Shown: positions 12,385 to 24,899, numbered from the stretch's first letter. The stretch is DNA of 64,000 nucleotides from Mustelus asterias (GCF_964213995.1 NC_135812.1:78306001-78370000), one strand, 5' to 3'. Made by a program: numbers and translations. Notes: generated from the letters alone by a model not told the origin.

Positions 12385-13305
12385 AATACTTAGCCTGCTT
12401 GGATAAATCACCTGGCCCAGATGAGATGTATTCGAGACTGCGGTGGGAGGTAAGTGAGGAGATTGCAGGGGCTGTGACACTGATTTTTAAATCCTCTCCA
12501 GCCACAGGCGAGGTGCCAGAGGGCTGGAGGACAACGAGTGTGGTACCATTATTCAAGAAGGGAAGTAGGGAAAAAAACAGATAATTACAATCAGTGAGTC
12601 TAACATCTGTGGTTGGGAAACAATTAGAAAAAGATCTGAGGGATAGTTAGCATGGCTTTGTCAGGGAAAGAACATGTCTGACAAATTTGATTGAATTTTT
12701 CGAGGAGGTAACCAGGTGAGTAGATGAGGACAGTGCAGCTGATGTAGTCTACGTAGACTTCAGTAAGGTTTTTGACAAAGTGCCATATGGGAGACAGATT
12801 AGGAAGATAAGAGCCCATTTAGCAAATTGGATCTAAGATTGGCAAAGTGGCAGGAGGTAGAGACAGATGGTCACAGGTTGTTTTTGTGACTGGAAGCCTG
12901 TGTTCAGTGATGTACCGCAGGGATTGATGCTGGGTTCCTTGCCGTTTGGAGTGTACATTAATGATCTAGATATGAATGTGGAGATAAGATCAGTAGGTTT
13001 CCAGGGGACATGAAAATTGGTGGTGTGGTAAATAGGGAGAGGGAAAGCCTCAGGATTACAGGACAATATAGACAAGCTAGTCAGATGGGCAGAACAGTGG
13101 TAAATGGAATTTAACCCTGAAAAGTGTGAGGTGATGGCATTTTGGGAGGACTAACAAGGCAAGGGAATACACAATGAATGGCAGGATGCTAGGATGTACA
13201 GAGCTCCAGAGGGGTTTTGAAGTCCAAAGATCCTTGAAGACAGCAGGCACAGGCACAATGGGCTGAAGGGCCTCTTTCTGTACTGTAGAGCTTTATGACT
13301 CTATG
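12385..13305 (+). mobile_element. CR1 LINE, degraded, internally deleted
   Basis: DKSPGPD and VVPLFKKG motifs, many frameshifts; CR1-like 3' end ~13255-13305. Confidence 0.85.
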
Positions 13306-14338
13306 AATTGCTCTCATTGAGGGGTTCCTCGCACTTAATACTAATCTACCCTTAATTAGATCATCTTTTAGCTGGCCAAATTCACATGATTCTGCAAGCT
13401 GGAATGCTGAGTCATGTACTGATCGAGAATCTCCGTCACGCCATGAGCTCATGTTGAATACATTACATTTATACATAACATTCACTCACAGTTCAAAATA
13501 TGTGTTCAAGGTGTTCAAAATTTCTGCTGTCTTTTTTCTTAATTCTTTGGTTAGATTTAGGGTGGTATACAGTTTATAGAAATCTCTTCCCAGCAGTTTT
13601 AGAAGTGTGGTTACTCTTATCAGTTCAGGCTTGTTCATTAAGTCTAAATCTTCTGAATTCACCATTTAAAGTGTTCGTTATTGCCAGATGGTTAACTCTT
13701 GCAGAAACTAATTTGATTTACAACTAGGGAGTTATCGCAAACAATCTGAACCCATAAATCTTGTTAAAACAGTGATAAAATGGGGAAATGTGACTGACTG
13801 TACAGTTGTAAAGAGGGCCGAATGGCCTCCTTCTCTGCTGTAATAACCGTACGACACTACCACCTGCTGTGGCAACCACTACCCCACTACCAAGACTGAA
13901 AAGTAAATATTTAACTGAAATAGTGGAACATAAGGATATCTGGCATAGCAAGGGTTAATGTGGAACTGGGAAACTGTACCACCCAGGGGTGATAACCTAA
14001 GATTAAAGTCAGTTGTGGACTGGACAGAGATTTGTGTAGAAGCAAGCATGGAGTAGTTCATCGTTTGGGCTGTGCTCTGTATATTTCTACATTGTTGTCT
14101 GTTATCAATCAACAGTCAACGTTCAACCATACAAGACTCAGAACCTCCTTGTGAGACCTACTGAACATACAATATTCATCAAAACAGGACATTTCTGAAC
14201 ATTAATTTAGCACTCGGATATTATCAAATTACTTGCCTATTTTCCTTGTTGCTTTATTCAATGCAATACTATCTGAAGATGCCATTGGACACCTTGGTAC
14301 CCGATAAACTATACCCTCTGTTCAAGTTCCCAGCTTAC

Positions 14339-14455
14339 CAAACTAAATTTATTCTTTATTGGTCCGTAATTGTTAAGAAGTCCAGTTTTCATGCTGATCA
14401 TCAAAATATCACCAGTAGTCGTTCCACAGTAGAAGAAGCTATCATCTTTTGTTAC
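14339..14455 (-). CDS. CFAP52: CFAP52 exon 6
   Basis: VTKDDSFFYCGTTTGDILMISMKTGLLNNYGPIKNKFSL; ag/gt, 117 nt. Confidence 0.93.
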
Positions 14456-14667
14456 CTATCAATGGAGGTGTGAATAAACCATGAGATCAACTGATTTTTG
14501 CAAAAAGCACATTTATGGTAAAAGTAGTCAAAATTCCAGGGAGTCACTAGCTAAAAACTATAACAAGACTGACGTTTGGTAATACTTTGCGACTAAGCTA
14601 ATTTTACAGCTCTTTTCTTTTAAACAGGATTGAGGACTTGATTGCAACAAAATGCCCTCTAACACCA

Positions 14668-15110
14668 GGGTGGCACAGTGGCAAAGTGGTTAGCACTGTT
14701 GCCTCACAGCACCACGGACCCGGGTTCGATTCCCGGCTTGGGTCACTGTCTGTGCAGAGTCTGCACGTTCTCCCTGTGTCTGTTGATTGCAACAAAATAC
14801 CCTCTAACACTGGGGTGGCACAGTGGTTAACACTGCTGCCTCACAGCGCCAGGGACTCAGGTTCGATTCCCGGCTTGGGTCATTGTCTGTGCGGAGTCTG
14901 CATGTTCTCCCTGTGTCTGCATGGGTTTCCTCCGGGTGCGCCGGTTTCCTCCCACAGTCCGAAAGATGTGCTGGTTAGGTGCATTGGCCATGCCAAATTC
15001 TCCTTCAGTGTACCTGAATAGGTGCCAAAGCGTGGCAACTCAGGGATTTTCACAGTAACTTCATTGCAGTGTTAAGGTAAGCCTACTTGTGACACTAATA
15101 AATGAACTTT
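14668..15110 (+). mobile_element. HE1/V-SINE-like SINE with duplicated head
   Basis: A/B boxes (GGCACAGTGG, GGTTCGATTCC), V-domain-like TGCACGTTCTCCCTGTGTCTGC, tail ending AATAAA. Confidence 0.85.
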
Positions 15111-15836
15111 GAAACTTTTAAAGGTTCAGTGGCAACTTCACTAAGAGACATTTGATCCTGGAGCATTCTCCATGCAGCCTGTACTTGAGCTGCAACAATT
15201 CTGGATATCTTAGGGACAGAAGTCCCTAAGATATGAATATATATCTGGATATATAGGGACAGAAGTAGGCCATACAGCCCCTCAAGCCAGCTGATCTGTT
15301 CCTCAACTCCATTTTAAACAGCCAATGGGCAAAATAATTGTTTAAATTCTAAGTGAATGGTTAAAGAATTTTAAAAACAGGCCAATTGAAGCTGGTTCAA
15401 CTTGTCTTGTAATTCTGTTCATTTGGCTGGAGACAATTGTGAGTGATAAAATATTTTTGGCATTTATCTTGGGTTCAATTTGAGTTCTTGAAGTTTTACC
15501 TGAATCACTTCATTAAAACTGTGGTTGTATCTCCTACTAAATGAAAGGAGAAAGAAAGGTCTATAATATACAAATCCATCTTCCAAAATGTTGGTGGCTG
15601 TCTGATAATAATGGATGCTGCTAGCTTAAAGAATTATAATGTTTGTGTTTGTTTGTGGAAGCAGAACATTTCATTCTGAGGTGCACAATACTTTGAGGGA
15701 ACAGCCTGAACAGATTTGTTTTGTAAGTTGGTTGTAGCGATATTTCCCACTGGCGTGAAGATGGGTATTTGTGGTTGATCTATCATAAGAAGATGGGCTT
15801 ATTGGACCTAACTATTCTTCAACTGTTGTAGATATT

Positions 15837-16981
15837 GGGGGCAATTCTCCGATCTTGCCATGCCTGGCACAGATTGCGCCGATCCCGGAGAATAGCGCGT
15901 GGGCCTAAAAATCGGTTTTGAGTCTGGCGCCAAACAATTTGCAATCATCCTGGCCCCTTTCTAACGGCGTGAACTGGGTCGCGCCCAAAAAGAGCACAAG
16001 GCCGATTTGTATGAGATTGACTGGATTTCAATCTCATTAGCGAGTTTGGCACGCAAGTGTCCCTGCTCCCGGAATGCTCCCACCCCTGCCGTGGGAGGTC
16101 ATCCAGCCAAATGAACAGAATTACAAGACAAGTTGAACCAGCTTCAATTGGCCTGTTTTAAAAATTCTTTAACCATTCACTTAGAATTTAAACAATTATT
16201 TTGCCCATTGGCTGTTTAAAATGCAGTTGAGGAACAGATCAGCTGGTCCCCTGGCGCAATAGTCACACAGGGAGCCCAGAGGTCATTAAAGCTCCCGGGT
16301 GGCTGAGGGCATGGCCGGGTGGTGCCCCTTGGGCGGTGTCCACTTGGCGGTGCCCACCAGACAGCCGGGCAGTGCCCATCAGATATCCCAGCTGTGCCCA
16401 CCAGACACCCCAGCTGTGCCAGTTGGGCACCCGCCAGTGTGCCAGAGGCAGTGCCAAGGGGCAAGGCCTGAGTGGGGACTGTAACGTGGGACTATGCAAG
16501 ACTGATGTTTGGAAATATTTAATGACAGAGCGGGCTATGCAGGCGTGGTCATGCAGGGGTGGATCATGTCAGGGGTTCTAATGGACGGGGTCATATTGAG
16601 GGTACTGATTGGGGGGGGGGCATGTCGGGGATCATAATGGAGGACCTATCGGGAGGGCCCTGATGCCCTGATGCTGGCAACCCGTGTCACAGAGGGGGTG
16701 GGTGAACGTGCTGCCGATGAATGGTGGGGGGAGGGAAGAGGTCTCCCAGTGCACCGTGAGATCGGGGCGCCCTTGCAAAATGGTGCCAGAGCATTCTGAA
16801 GCTGGGCTCACTGGTTTGCCCCCAACCCCCTCACAGCACCAGCGCGCAGCTCACCACTCTCCAAAGTGGTGACTGAGTGTGGGATGACTGCAGTGCGGCA
16901 TGCGCCTGCAAGACCGTCACGGAATGCTCCTGTTTTATCGCCATTATGACAGTCAGTCGTTTTTTTCGGAGAATTCCGCCC
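15837..16981. mobile_element. Non-autonomous DNA transposon (Harbinger-like TIRs)
   Basis: TIRs GGGGCAATTCTCCGA / TCGGAGAATTCCGCCC; GC-rich interior with TGCCC/GGCA sub-repeats. Confidence 0.65.
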
Positions 16982-17065
16982 ATCGTTCTCCTTCAAGATG
17001 TTATTACCAGTATCGAAAATATAGCTGTACTGGGAAGGAACTGAGCAATAAAAAGTGAGACTCAC

Positions 17066-17165
17066 TTCGATACAGTTGATCATCCTTTTCAAAGATCCAG
17101 TTTGGCAATCAGTGGGACGAATCTTTCTGTTGGGTAAATCTAGGAGCCAGAGACGTAGTGTACCA
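17066..17165 (-). CDS. CFAP52: CFAP52 exon 5
   Basis: GTLRLWLLDLPNRKIRPTDCQTGSLKRMINCIE; ag/gt, 100 nt. Confidence 0.93.
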
Positions 17166-17950
17166 CTACAAAAAGGGAAACAAATACTCTAGAAGAATAT
17201 CAGTTTATTCAATTTCCTTCCTTCCATGATGTTTCAGTTGTATACCCTCTGAGCCAGTATATTAAACAGGAATTTCCTGGAATGTTTCAGTGTAATTACA
17301 GCACAAGAGTGGAGATGTATCATTTTTTTACCTCAGGAAATTTACATCGAAGTGACTTGCACCTAAATATCATTACGTGTGAATTTCTACTATTATTTTT
17401 CTCTGAGCAAGGTATGCTGAAACCGTTCTCCATGTCTTACAATGAAATAGACAGTACCAGTTTCCGGTGCTTACACCAAAGATGCATAAATTTAAACTCA
17501 AATTTTTTTAGATTTCTGGATCTGATGTCACTATTTCTGGACTTTATTTCAATGTTTTTTGCACTCTTTTATTTTACATTACTGTGATCTGCACTATGTT
17601 CTATATATTTGAATGTTTATGGCATCAGAATCTGTCACATTAAAGACCAATGTTTCTATCATTTCTTAAAAACTCTGTTTAACGTGAATAAGTGATAATT
17701 TGATGGCTCCAACCCTTAATTTTCATAACATCAATAAGGTATAAAGTGACTTAAGTAAGGAGGATGGTGTATGTTATGTGCTGGGTTCCTCAATTTGATT
17801 TCCACTTGCTTAAAGGTGCTTTTTATGTTTTGGTATATGCTAACGAGATTCTCAATAAAGCTCAGTGCAAGGTCAATGTAGAAAGAGGCATAGACTTGAG
17901 CCATTTCGGTACTAAGTCCAGTCAAGTCTCAATCTTCTTTTCCAACTTAC

Positions 17951-18079
17951 CTTCCTCCTGTAATAAAGGTATCATCCATATTGTTGGCGAATTTTACAGT
18001 TTGTGCATTTCCTGCAGTAGCAACACAAGCAGGGCTGCCACAGATGGATGACTTTGTTGCAACATTCCAGATGACGACA
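17951..18079 (-). CDS. CFAP52: CFAP52 exon 4
   Basis: VVIWNVATKSSICGSPACVATAGNAQTVKFANNMDDTFITGG; ag/gt, 129 nt. Confidence 0.93.
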
Positions 18080-19239
18080 CTGTAATTGTGAGAAAGCAAA
18101 AAAGATTAATGTGTTCCATAATAATTGTGAAGTCTGACAGAAATCAAAAGTCATTCTTTTGAACAGCATGAGCAGCAGCAAATAGGGGACTGGATGACAC
18201 AATGATTGTTCTTTCATCACTGAAACTTGCTTTAAATCCTCAACCAACATCCACATGCACACTGTTCAAAATGGAATAGTATTAGAACTGCAGTGGGATC
18301 AATACTCTGACAAAAATATTGATCAAGGGCACTAGATGAATCTTAACCCATTCATCTTCTTTGTCATTGAAACTATCAGGGACTTAGCTTATGCTTAGGA
18401 GTTAATGATGCTCAACAATAACTTATGAAACTATTTTACATCAACCAGTTTGGATTGTGTGAACGTTTACACTGCCAACTTCCCATCAGGATGTGCACAA
18501 GCTATTGAGTGAGTGAATTAACCTTTACTGGTATTATCAGAGAAAAGGTTATACAACAAAGTTGTTAACTGTTAATTAATCAGAGAATCGCTAAAATAAA
18601 TTGCAAGGTTACAAGAACTCCTGAGCTTTCTGATAAATTAACAGAATTAGATATCCACATTATTGAGTCTATAAGCTTGGACTTAGAAAGATTTTTCATT
18701 ATTTATCTGGCAGCATTATTATGAGCTGACATCAACACCTTGCCTTCCTTTGGAAGGATGGTGTTATACTTCAGGGACATCAAAGTGATGAATCTGTACC
18801 TGTAGAGCTGCTGTAGCTCTCGCATCATCTGTTGCTGATAGTTGTATCTTACCTAGCTGTCCTAAACCTTGATCTTCTAGGTGACATATCTGCTTGTACT
18901 GTCTGGTATAGCTATACAATCCTAACTTCTGTAATATCTCTTTTGCTCTCTTTCTTTCTGTTGGTGATGCACTGATTTAACAGAAACATCTTTCTACATG
19001 TAATAGACAAACAACTCCTTCCATTACAAGAAATAGTATTCATTGATGAAACCGCTGAAGATAGTTGGGCCTAGGACATGTCCCTGAGGAGCTTGGCTTG
19101 GGCTGAGATGATTAGCCTCCAATAGCCACAATCACCTTCCTTTGTAAGAGCAAATAATTTTGGATGCTGGAGAATTGAAATAAAAACAGAAAATGCCGGA
19201 ACTACTTAGCAGGTAGTTACTGTGATGTCATCGACCTGA

Positions 19240-19570
19240 AATCATAGAATCATGGAATCCCTACAGTGCAGAAGGAGGCCATTTGGCCCATTGAACCTGC
19301 ACTGACAACAATCCCACTCAGACCCTATCCCCACAACCCCTGGTATTTACCCTGCTAGTCCCCCTGACTCTAAGGGGCAATTTAGCATGGCTAATCTACC
19401 TAACCTGCACATCTTTGGACTGTGGAAAGAAACCAGAGCACCCGGAGGAAACCCACCCAGACACAGGGAGAACATGCAAACTCCACACAGACAGTCACCT
19501 GAGACGGAATAGAATCCAGGTCCCTGGTGCTGTGAGGCAGCAGTACTAATCACTGTGCCACCGTGCGCCC
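19240..19570 (-). mobile_element. HE1/V-SINE-like SINE with CR1 tail, inside a Penelope-derived short element
   Basis: tRNA-like head at ~19500-19570; tail CTGCACTGTAGGGATTC..ATGATTCTATG on minus strand. Confidence 0.85.
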
Positions 19571-19723
19571 CATATTAACTCTATTTCTCTCTCCACAAAT
19601 ATGACCAGAGCTACTGAATATTTGCAGCATTTTAAATTAACATTTTCCTTTGCGCTCGGTAATGGAGAGTTTTCCCCTTATCCCCACTGACTTCACTTTT
19701 GCTAGGTTCTTAATTTATGTTAC

Positions 19724-19860
19724 CTTCCATCATCCTGACCTCCGAGGGATACCAAATAGAGATCATTTGGGGAAAATGCCAGTGCTTCAACTTTGGCTTG
19801 GTGAAGAGTCATGTTTGCATGAACTACTTTCTCAACATAGTTATAGATGATGATATCAGC
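19724..19860 (-). CDS. CFAP52: CFAP52 exon 3
   Basis: ADIIIYNYVEKVVHANMTLHQAKVEALAFSPNDLYLVSLGGQDDG; ag/gt, 137 nt. Confidence 0.94.
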
Positions 19861-20511
19861 CTGCAAAGATATACAATGCTCAGCTTTCAGTCTAGATCAC
19901 AACAAGTACTACTCATTACAATGCAAAAATTTGGCACAGTGCATCTTTCACTTGTTCTTTCTTATGGACATTTTAAATGGTCACAAAATCTTTATTGGAG
20001 AGGATTCCAAAATAAACTTTCCAGTTTAGAATTTTTTTAAAACTCCAACCATAACAGCTATTATTCTTGTGTTAAGTTAAAGATAATTTTAGACTCCCAC
20101 CTGAAGTTATTTGTCCTTAAAATAAATACAATATGTTGCACTTCTGATAGAAATATTAATTACTTTTAATTCCTGGGTTGGTTTAAAAAGACTCATGCAT
20201 GTATATTTGTGAATTAAAGCCAATATTGTACTATTGCAGGACAATAACTCTTTTCGGTGCTGTTCTGTTTCTGTGTTAAGGTGGCATTTCATCCATTTTC
20301 TGTGGCTTATAATGTATGGTCAATGCTTCGGTTGAGCTGTAAATGTAGCAGAATGATTTCAAATATTTCTAGGAAACATTTTGTCACAATATTGCTCTTA
20401 TCATCACCGCTGGTACTGTTGCCTGAGAATAATAATCTAACTCCATGTTATCAAACAAAAAGATTAAACTGCATGAGTTTCCGCTTCTGGTGATCTGGTT
20501 ATCTCTTTGAA

Positions 20512-21085
20512 AAAGAAAGACTTGCACTTAAATAGTACTTTTCATGAACAAGTCTCAAAGTGATTGACAGCTAATGAAGTACTTTTTGAAGTGTAGTCAC
20601 TATTGTGATGTCGGAAACATATTTGCATCAGCAAACTCCTATAAACAGCAATGAGTTAATGAACTGATAATCCAATATTTGTGATGTTGATTGGGGGATA
20701 AATATTGGCCAGGACATTAGGGATTACCTTCCTGCTCTTTTCTGAAATAATGCCATGACATCTTCTACATCCTCCCTGGGCAGGCAGATGGCGCCTCAGT
20801 TTAATGTCTTATCCAAAAGATGGCAGATGGCAGTTTCCAGCCGTTCCTGCCGGCAGGATCTTCTGGTCCTGCCAATGGCAACAATCCAGCACTGGCTCTC
20901 CAGTGGCAGAGGGTGTGAACAGTGGGAAACCCCCATTGACAATGGTGTGGCTGGAAGATCCCACCGCCAACCAACGGTGGACCGCCTCCGCCTCCACAAA
21001 AATATGCTATGGGGGGAGGGGTGGGGTTGGAAAATTCTTCCCAATATTGCCATATTGCCAAGAGCGCAGCACTCCCTCAGAGTGG
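20512..21085 (-). mobile_element. DeuSINE (SacSINE1/AmnSINE1-like), interrupted by a MITE at ~20828-21043
   Basis: Minus strand reads GAGGGAGTGCTGC...TCCTGGCCAATATTTATCCC...GTGACTACACTTCAAAAAGTACTTCATT...GCAAGTCTTTCTTT, matching my recollection of the Deu domain and tail. Confidence 0.7.
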
Positions 21086-22104
21086 AAGTGGATGTTGAAC
21101 TAGGAACCTTTTGGGTGAGAATTGTTTCCGCAATCTGATTCGTCTGTGGTAAGCATGTTCCCATGCCTCCATCAATGATTTGACTGGAAATAACTTTCAA
21201 TGATGTGTTTTCCAGAATCGTGTCTCAGTAAGCTTTGATGGTTATAGAGAAATTGAAGAGGGAAATGTGGGATGAGGCACTATAGCCACAGTCTCAGAAG
21301 ATGCCATGCTGAATTTGATTAGGGCTATTTCACTATTGTGATATGGCAGTTGGGAGTGATTAAAATATGAAATTATCGGAAAGATCGATTGGGAAGAAGC
21401 TACATGTTTAAGAAAATTATAGAGAGAAAATGGTTAGAGATGGAGCAGTAGTTTGTAAGGACAGAAAGGCCGAGAGTGGATTTTATATGGAAACCAGAGT
21501 AATCCGTTCAGCCCCTAGAGTCTGTTCTGTCATTTAATTCAATGAAAAATTGTTTGGCAAGGGTATTAAAGATGGAGATAATGATGGCAGTTCTGAAAGG
21601 AACAGGGGCATGACCTGTCCTTTTCACAATTAAGATCAGCAAGTACAGGGCCCAGAAAGAATGATCACCGGTTTCGTGGAATATGGGTCAAAGGAAAAAG
21701 GTATAGGTCTCATTGACAATATGAGCTCTGAAACAGCATGAGAGAAAGCTGGCAAAAGCTGCAACTTCAGGGATAGGGCACCGAGGGCCATGAGAGTTAC
21801 AAGAAAGTGGACATGGATGGCCTATTATAATCTGTGGGGGGTGGGGGGGGGAACAATTGGTTAAGAGAAGCTCTGCAAGATAACAAGGTTGAGAGTGTGG
21901 GTGGAAAGTTAATATGCAGGGAGGAATTTAGGGAGAACAGGAGGTCAGTAAATTCAGAGTAGAGTGAACAAAGAAAGCTGACATGAAGATTTAATTACTC
22001 TGGCTAAGGGTCTCATGCTGCAGAGGTTAATTACGTAAAGGAAAAAGCATATCTCAGCGAGAAACAGAGTTAAGGTTTGGGAAATGAGAATTTAAATGAG
22101 TGTG

Positions 22105-22375
22105 TTGCGGTAGCACAGTGATTAGCACTGCTGCTTCACAGCGCCAGAGACCCGGGTTCAATTCCGGTCTTGAGTGTCTGTCTATGTGGAGTTTGCCTGT
22201 TCTCCCCACATCTGCGTGGGTTTACTCCGGGTGCTCTGGTTTCCACCTACAGTTCAAAGATATGCAGGTTAGGTGGATTGGCCATGCAAAATTGCCCCTT
22301 ACTGTCCCAAGATGTGTAGGTTAGTGGGCTGAATTTGTGGGCTTACAGGGATAAGACCTGGGTGGGATGCTCTGT
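22105..22375 (+). mobile_element. HE1/V-SINE-like SINE
   Basis: tRNA-like head plus V-domain-like core. Confidence 0.85.
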
Positions 22376-22377
22376 TT

Positions 22378-22682
22378 AAGTTTATCTTAATACTCACAAG
22401 TAGGCTTCCATTAACATTGCAATGAAGTTACTGTGAAAATCCCCTAGTCGATACACTCCAGCGCCTGTTCAGGTACACTGAGAGAGAATTTAGCATGGCC
22501 AATGCACCGAACCAGCACGTCTTTCAGACTGTGGGAGGAAACCGGAGCACCCGGAGGAAACCCACTCACAGACACGGGAAAAACGTGCAGACTCCATCCA
22601 GACAGTGACCCAAGTGGGAATCAAACCTGGGTCCCTGGAGCCGTGAAGCAGCAGTGCTAACAACTGTGCCACCATGCCACCC
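22378..22682 (-). mobile_element. HE1/V-SINE-like SINE (second tail type)
   Basis: Reverse complement of the 14812-15110 type. Confidence 0.85.
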
Positions 22683-23273
22683 AAGAGTCGGTGCAGATTC
22701 GATGGTCTGAATGACCTCTTTCTGCACTGTAGGGAATTCTATGAGTGGTGAAACAAAGTGAATAAGTGATCAAAGATGGAGAAGGTGCAGTAGGAATAGA
22801 GAAGGTAAAGTAGGGATTTGTGGCATTGGGAACACTGTCACCCTGGTGGTTTGAGCAGGGCAAATGATGGAGAGTATAATTAGACAGAGGCTTTCAGTAA
22901 GGAGCAGGGTGTTGCCACCCATGAGTTAAGGCTTTGCCAAAATTATTATGTCAATGTAATCATCCACAATCTTATTGTGGATGTAAAGGGCCTTGTCCAC
23001 AAGTGAATGCAAAAATGGGCAGTGATAGCTGACTAAGCCCAAGGCCACAGTGACAATTGGAATGAATGGGAGACGAAAGGAGGTCGGAAAATATTGCCTA
23101 ATGCGTACACAAGATAAAAAGGTGAAAAGTTGCTGCTGCTCATAAGTAGCAAGCAATGGGTGCTTTGATGGGCCTTTCAGAGAATTCCAAGAGAAGCTTA
23201 TAGCACAGTTGTGGTCTAATCCAGAACGAATCAAGCCTGAGTCAAAACCTGTAAAATGATACATTTTTCTTAC

Positions 23274-23473
23274 CTTGAAACCCATGTACGTGACTTGTCC
23301 TGTTGCAATATATTTCCCACTCCTACTGACTGCAACAAAGGAGATATTGTTGGTATGGCTTTCTAGGAAAGCCTGATTGCTGGTCTTCAGGTTTTGTACG
23401 ACAGTTGTACATCCCAGAGGATAAATTATATTTTCACAATCAGGATGCACGGTTAAACCAAAAGGTACTTTCC
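23274..23473 (-). CDS. CFAP52: CFAP52 exon 2
   Basis: GKVPFGLTVHPDCENIIYPLGCTTVVQ...SRSGKYIATGQVTYMGFK; ag/gt, 200 nt. Confidence 0.95.
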
Positions 23474-24054
23474 CTGTAAACACAGCAAAACAATCTGAGT
23501 TCAAACTGCACCAGAATTTAGTAAAATGCTATGTTTTGCAATATGCTGTGCTCTCAAAGCATTGAATGCTTGTTGTGGAGTGGCTTATCCCTTGCGTATA
23601 CAGACGGTTAGATTGTCACTTATCTTGTACCATTCTTCTATAGAACACTGCATGCAGAATATGCAATGCTTTAAAACGCTGGGCCTAAATATTTCTCAAT
23701 AAATTTATAATATTATAAACTATTAACAGCTTTATGGAAATGTCAACACTCAAGAAAAGATTTAAAGTTATCTGATCAGAAGCAAAAATGAAGAAAATCA
23801 ATATTTCGTTTTATAGCACCTTAATTAAAGATCATTGCAAAGAGCAGCGAGCAAATACAGTATTAGATTCATGCTTCATCACAAGGTGATCCCTCAATGG
23901 CAAATGGCCATGCGGGGGAAAGCATTTAGATCTGTTAATGCCTAACACCATAACATTTCACCTTTTCTCATTCAGCTGTCCCAGTCCTCAAGGTCTTGAC
24001 CCCCTTGCTGGGCATACCTTGGCACCTTGCCACTGTTGACAAGGGATACCACAA

Positions 24055-24500
24055 CAACAGGCATTTATACTGCAACTTTATGTTGTAAAATATCCCAAGG
24101 CACTTCACAGGAGCTTCGTCAAACACAGTTTCACACCATAGCACACAAGGACATATTAGATCAGGATAGTCAAAAGCTTAATTAAAATTGTGAGTTTAAG
24201 GAACAGCTTAAAGAAGGAAAGAGAGTTACAGAGGCAGAGAGCAAGTGAGAAGTAATTCACGAGTGTTGTGGCCAATAGTAGAACGCTTTAAATTGGGGAT
24301 GCTCAAGAGGCTAGAGTTGGAGAAGTGTAGATGTCTGGGAGGGTTGTGGGGCTGGGGAAGATTAGAGACAAGGAAGGACAATTGATTGTGAACCAATGTA
24401 GGTCAGCAAGTGCAGGAGTGGTAGGGGAGCGGAACTTGGTACGAGTTAGTGCATGAGCAACAGGGTTTTGGAATGACCTCAACTTTATATGCAACTCGAG
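24055..24500 (-). mobile_element. L2-like LINE 3' fragment
   Basis: ORF 24303-24494 (QN..AH.LTRTK.RSP.TP.LADLHW) resembles an L2 ORF2 C-terminus. Confidence 0.7.
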
Positions 24501-24506
24501 TGCAAT

Positions 24507-24690
24507 GAAATAAGCAAAATACTGCAGATGCTAGAATCTGAAACAAGAACAGAGGACGCTGGAAAAACTCATAAGGTCTGTCAGCATCTGTCAGGAGAGA
24601 AACAGGGTTGATGTTTCGAGTCCACACTCTTCATCAGAGCTGAAAGGACAAAGAGTCTGAATTTGAAACATTAACTCTGTTTCTCTCCAA
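24507..24690 (-). mobile_element. Short Penelope-derived element with minimal hammerhead ribozyme core
   Basis: Minus strand CTGATGA-A-GAGT-GTGG-ACTC-GAAAC at 24613-24637; family copies at ~19150, 37858, 49995, 58705. Confidence 0.7.
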
Positions 24691-24899
24691 AGATCGATGT
24701 GCAATTAAGTTATTTAAAGTGCTGGCACCGTCTGCTTAAAGACTTGCTGTTGGCAGGGATGTTTAAAAAGTGAGTCCAGACCCATGTATGAGCCTATTTT
24801 AGAGAATGTGTGCTCCTCAGAGTGAGGATGCAGGGACATGGCCCCCTGCAGACAGCTGGCACCATGGATCCTGTATCTGCCTGAGCTCCCATCTCTTAC

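Noticed and set aside
14668-14890. Additional tRNA genes at SINE heads
   Set aside because: A/B boxes are present but there is no complete cloverleaf, and the sequence continues into SINE body
22926-23504. 192-aa ORF as a stand-alone gene
   Set aside because: Only 23274-23473 is coding (CFAP52 exon 2); the rest is intronic read-through
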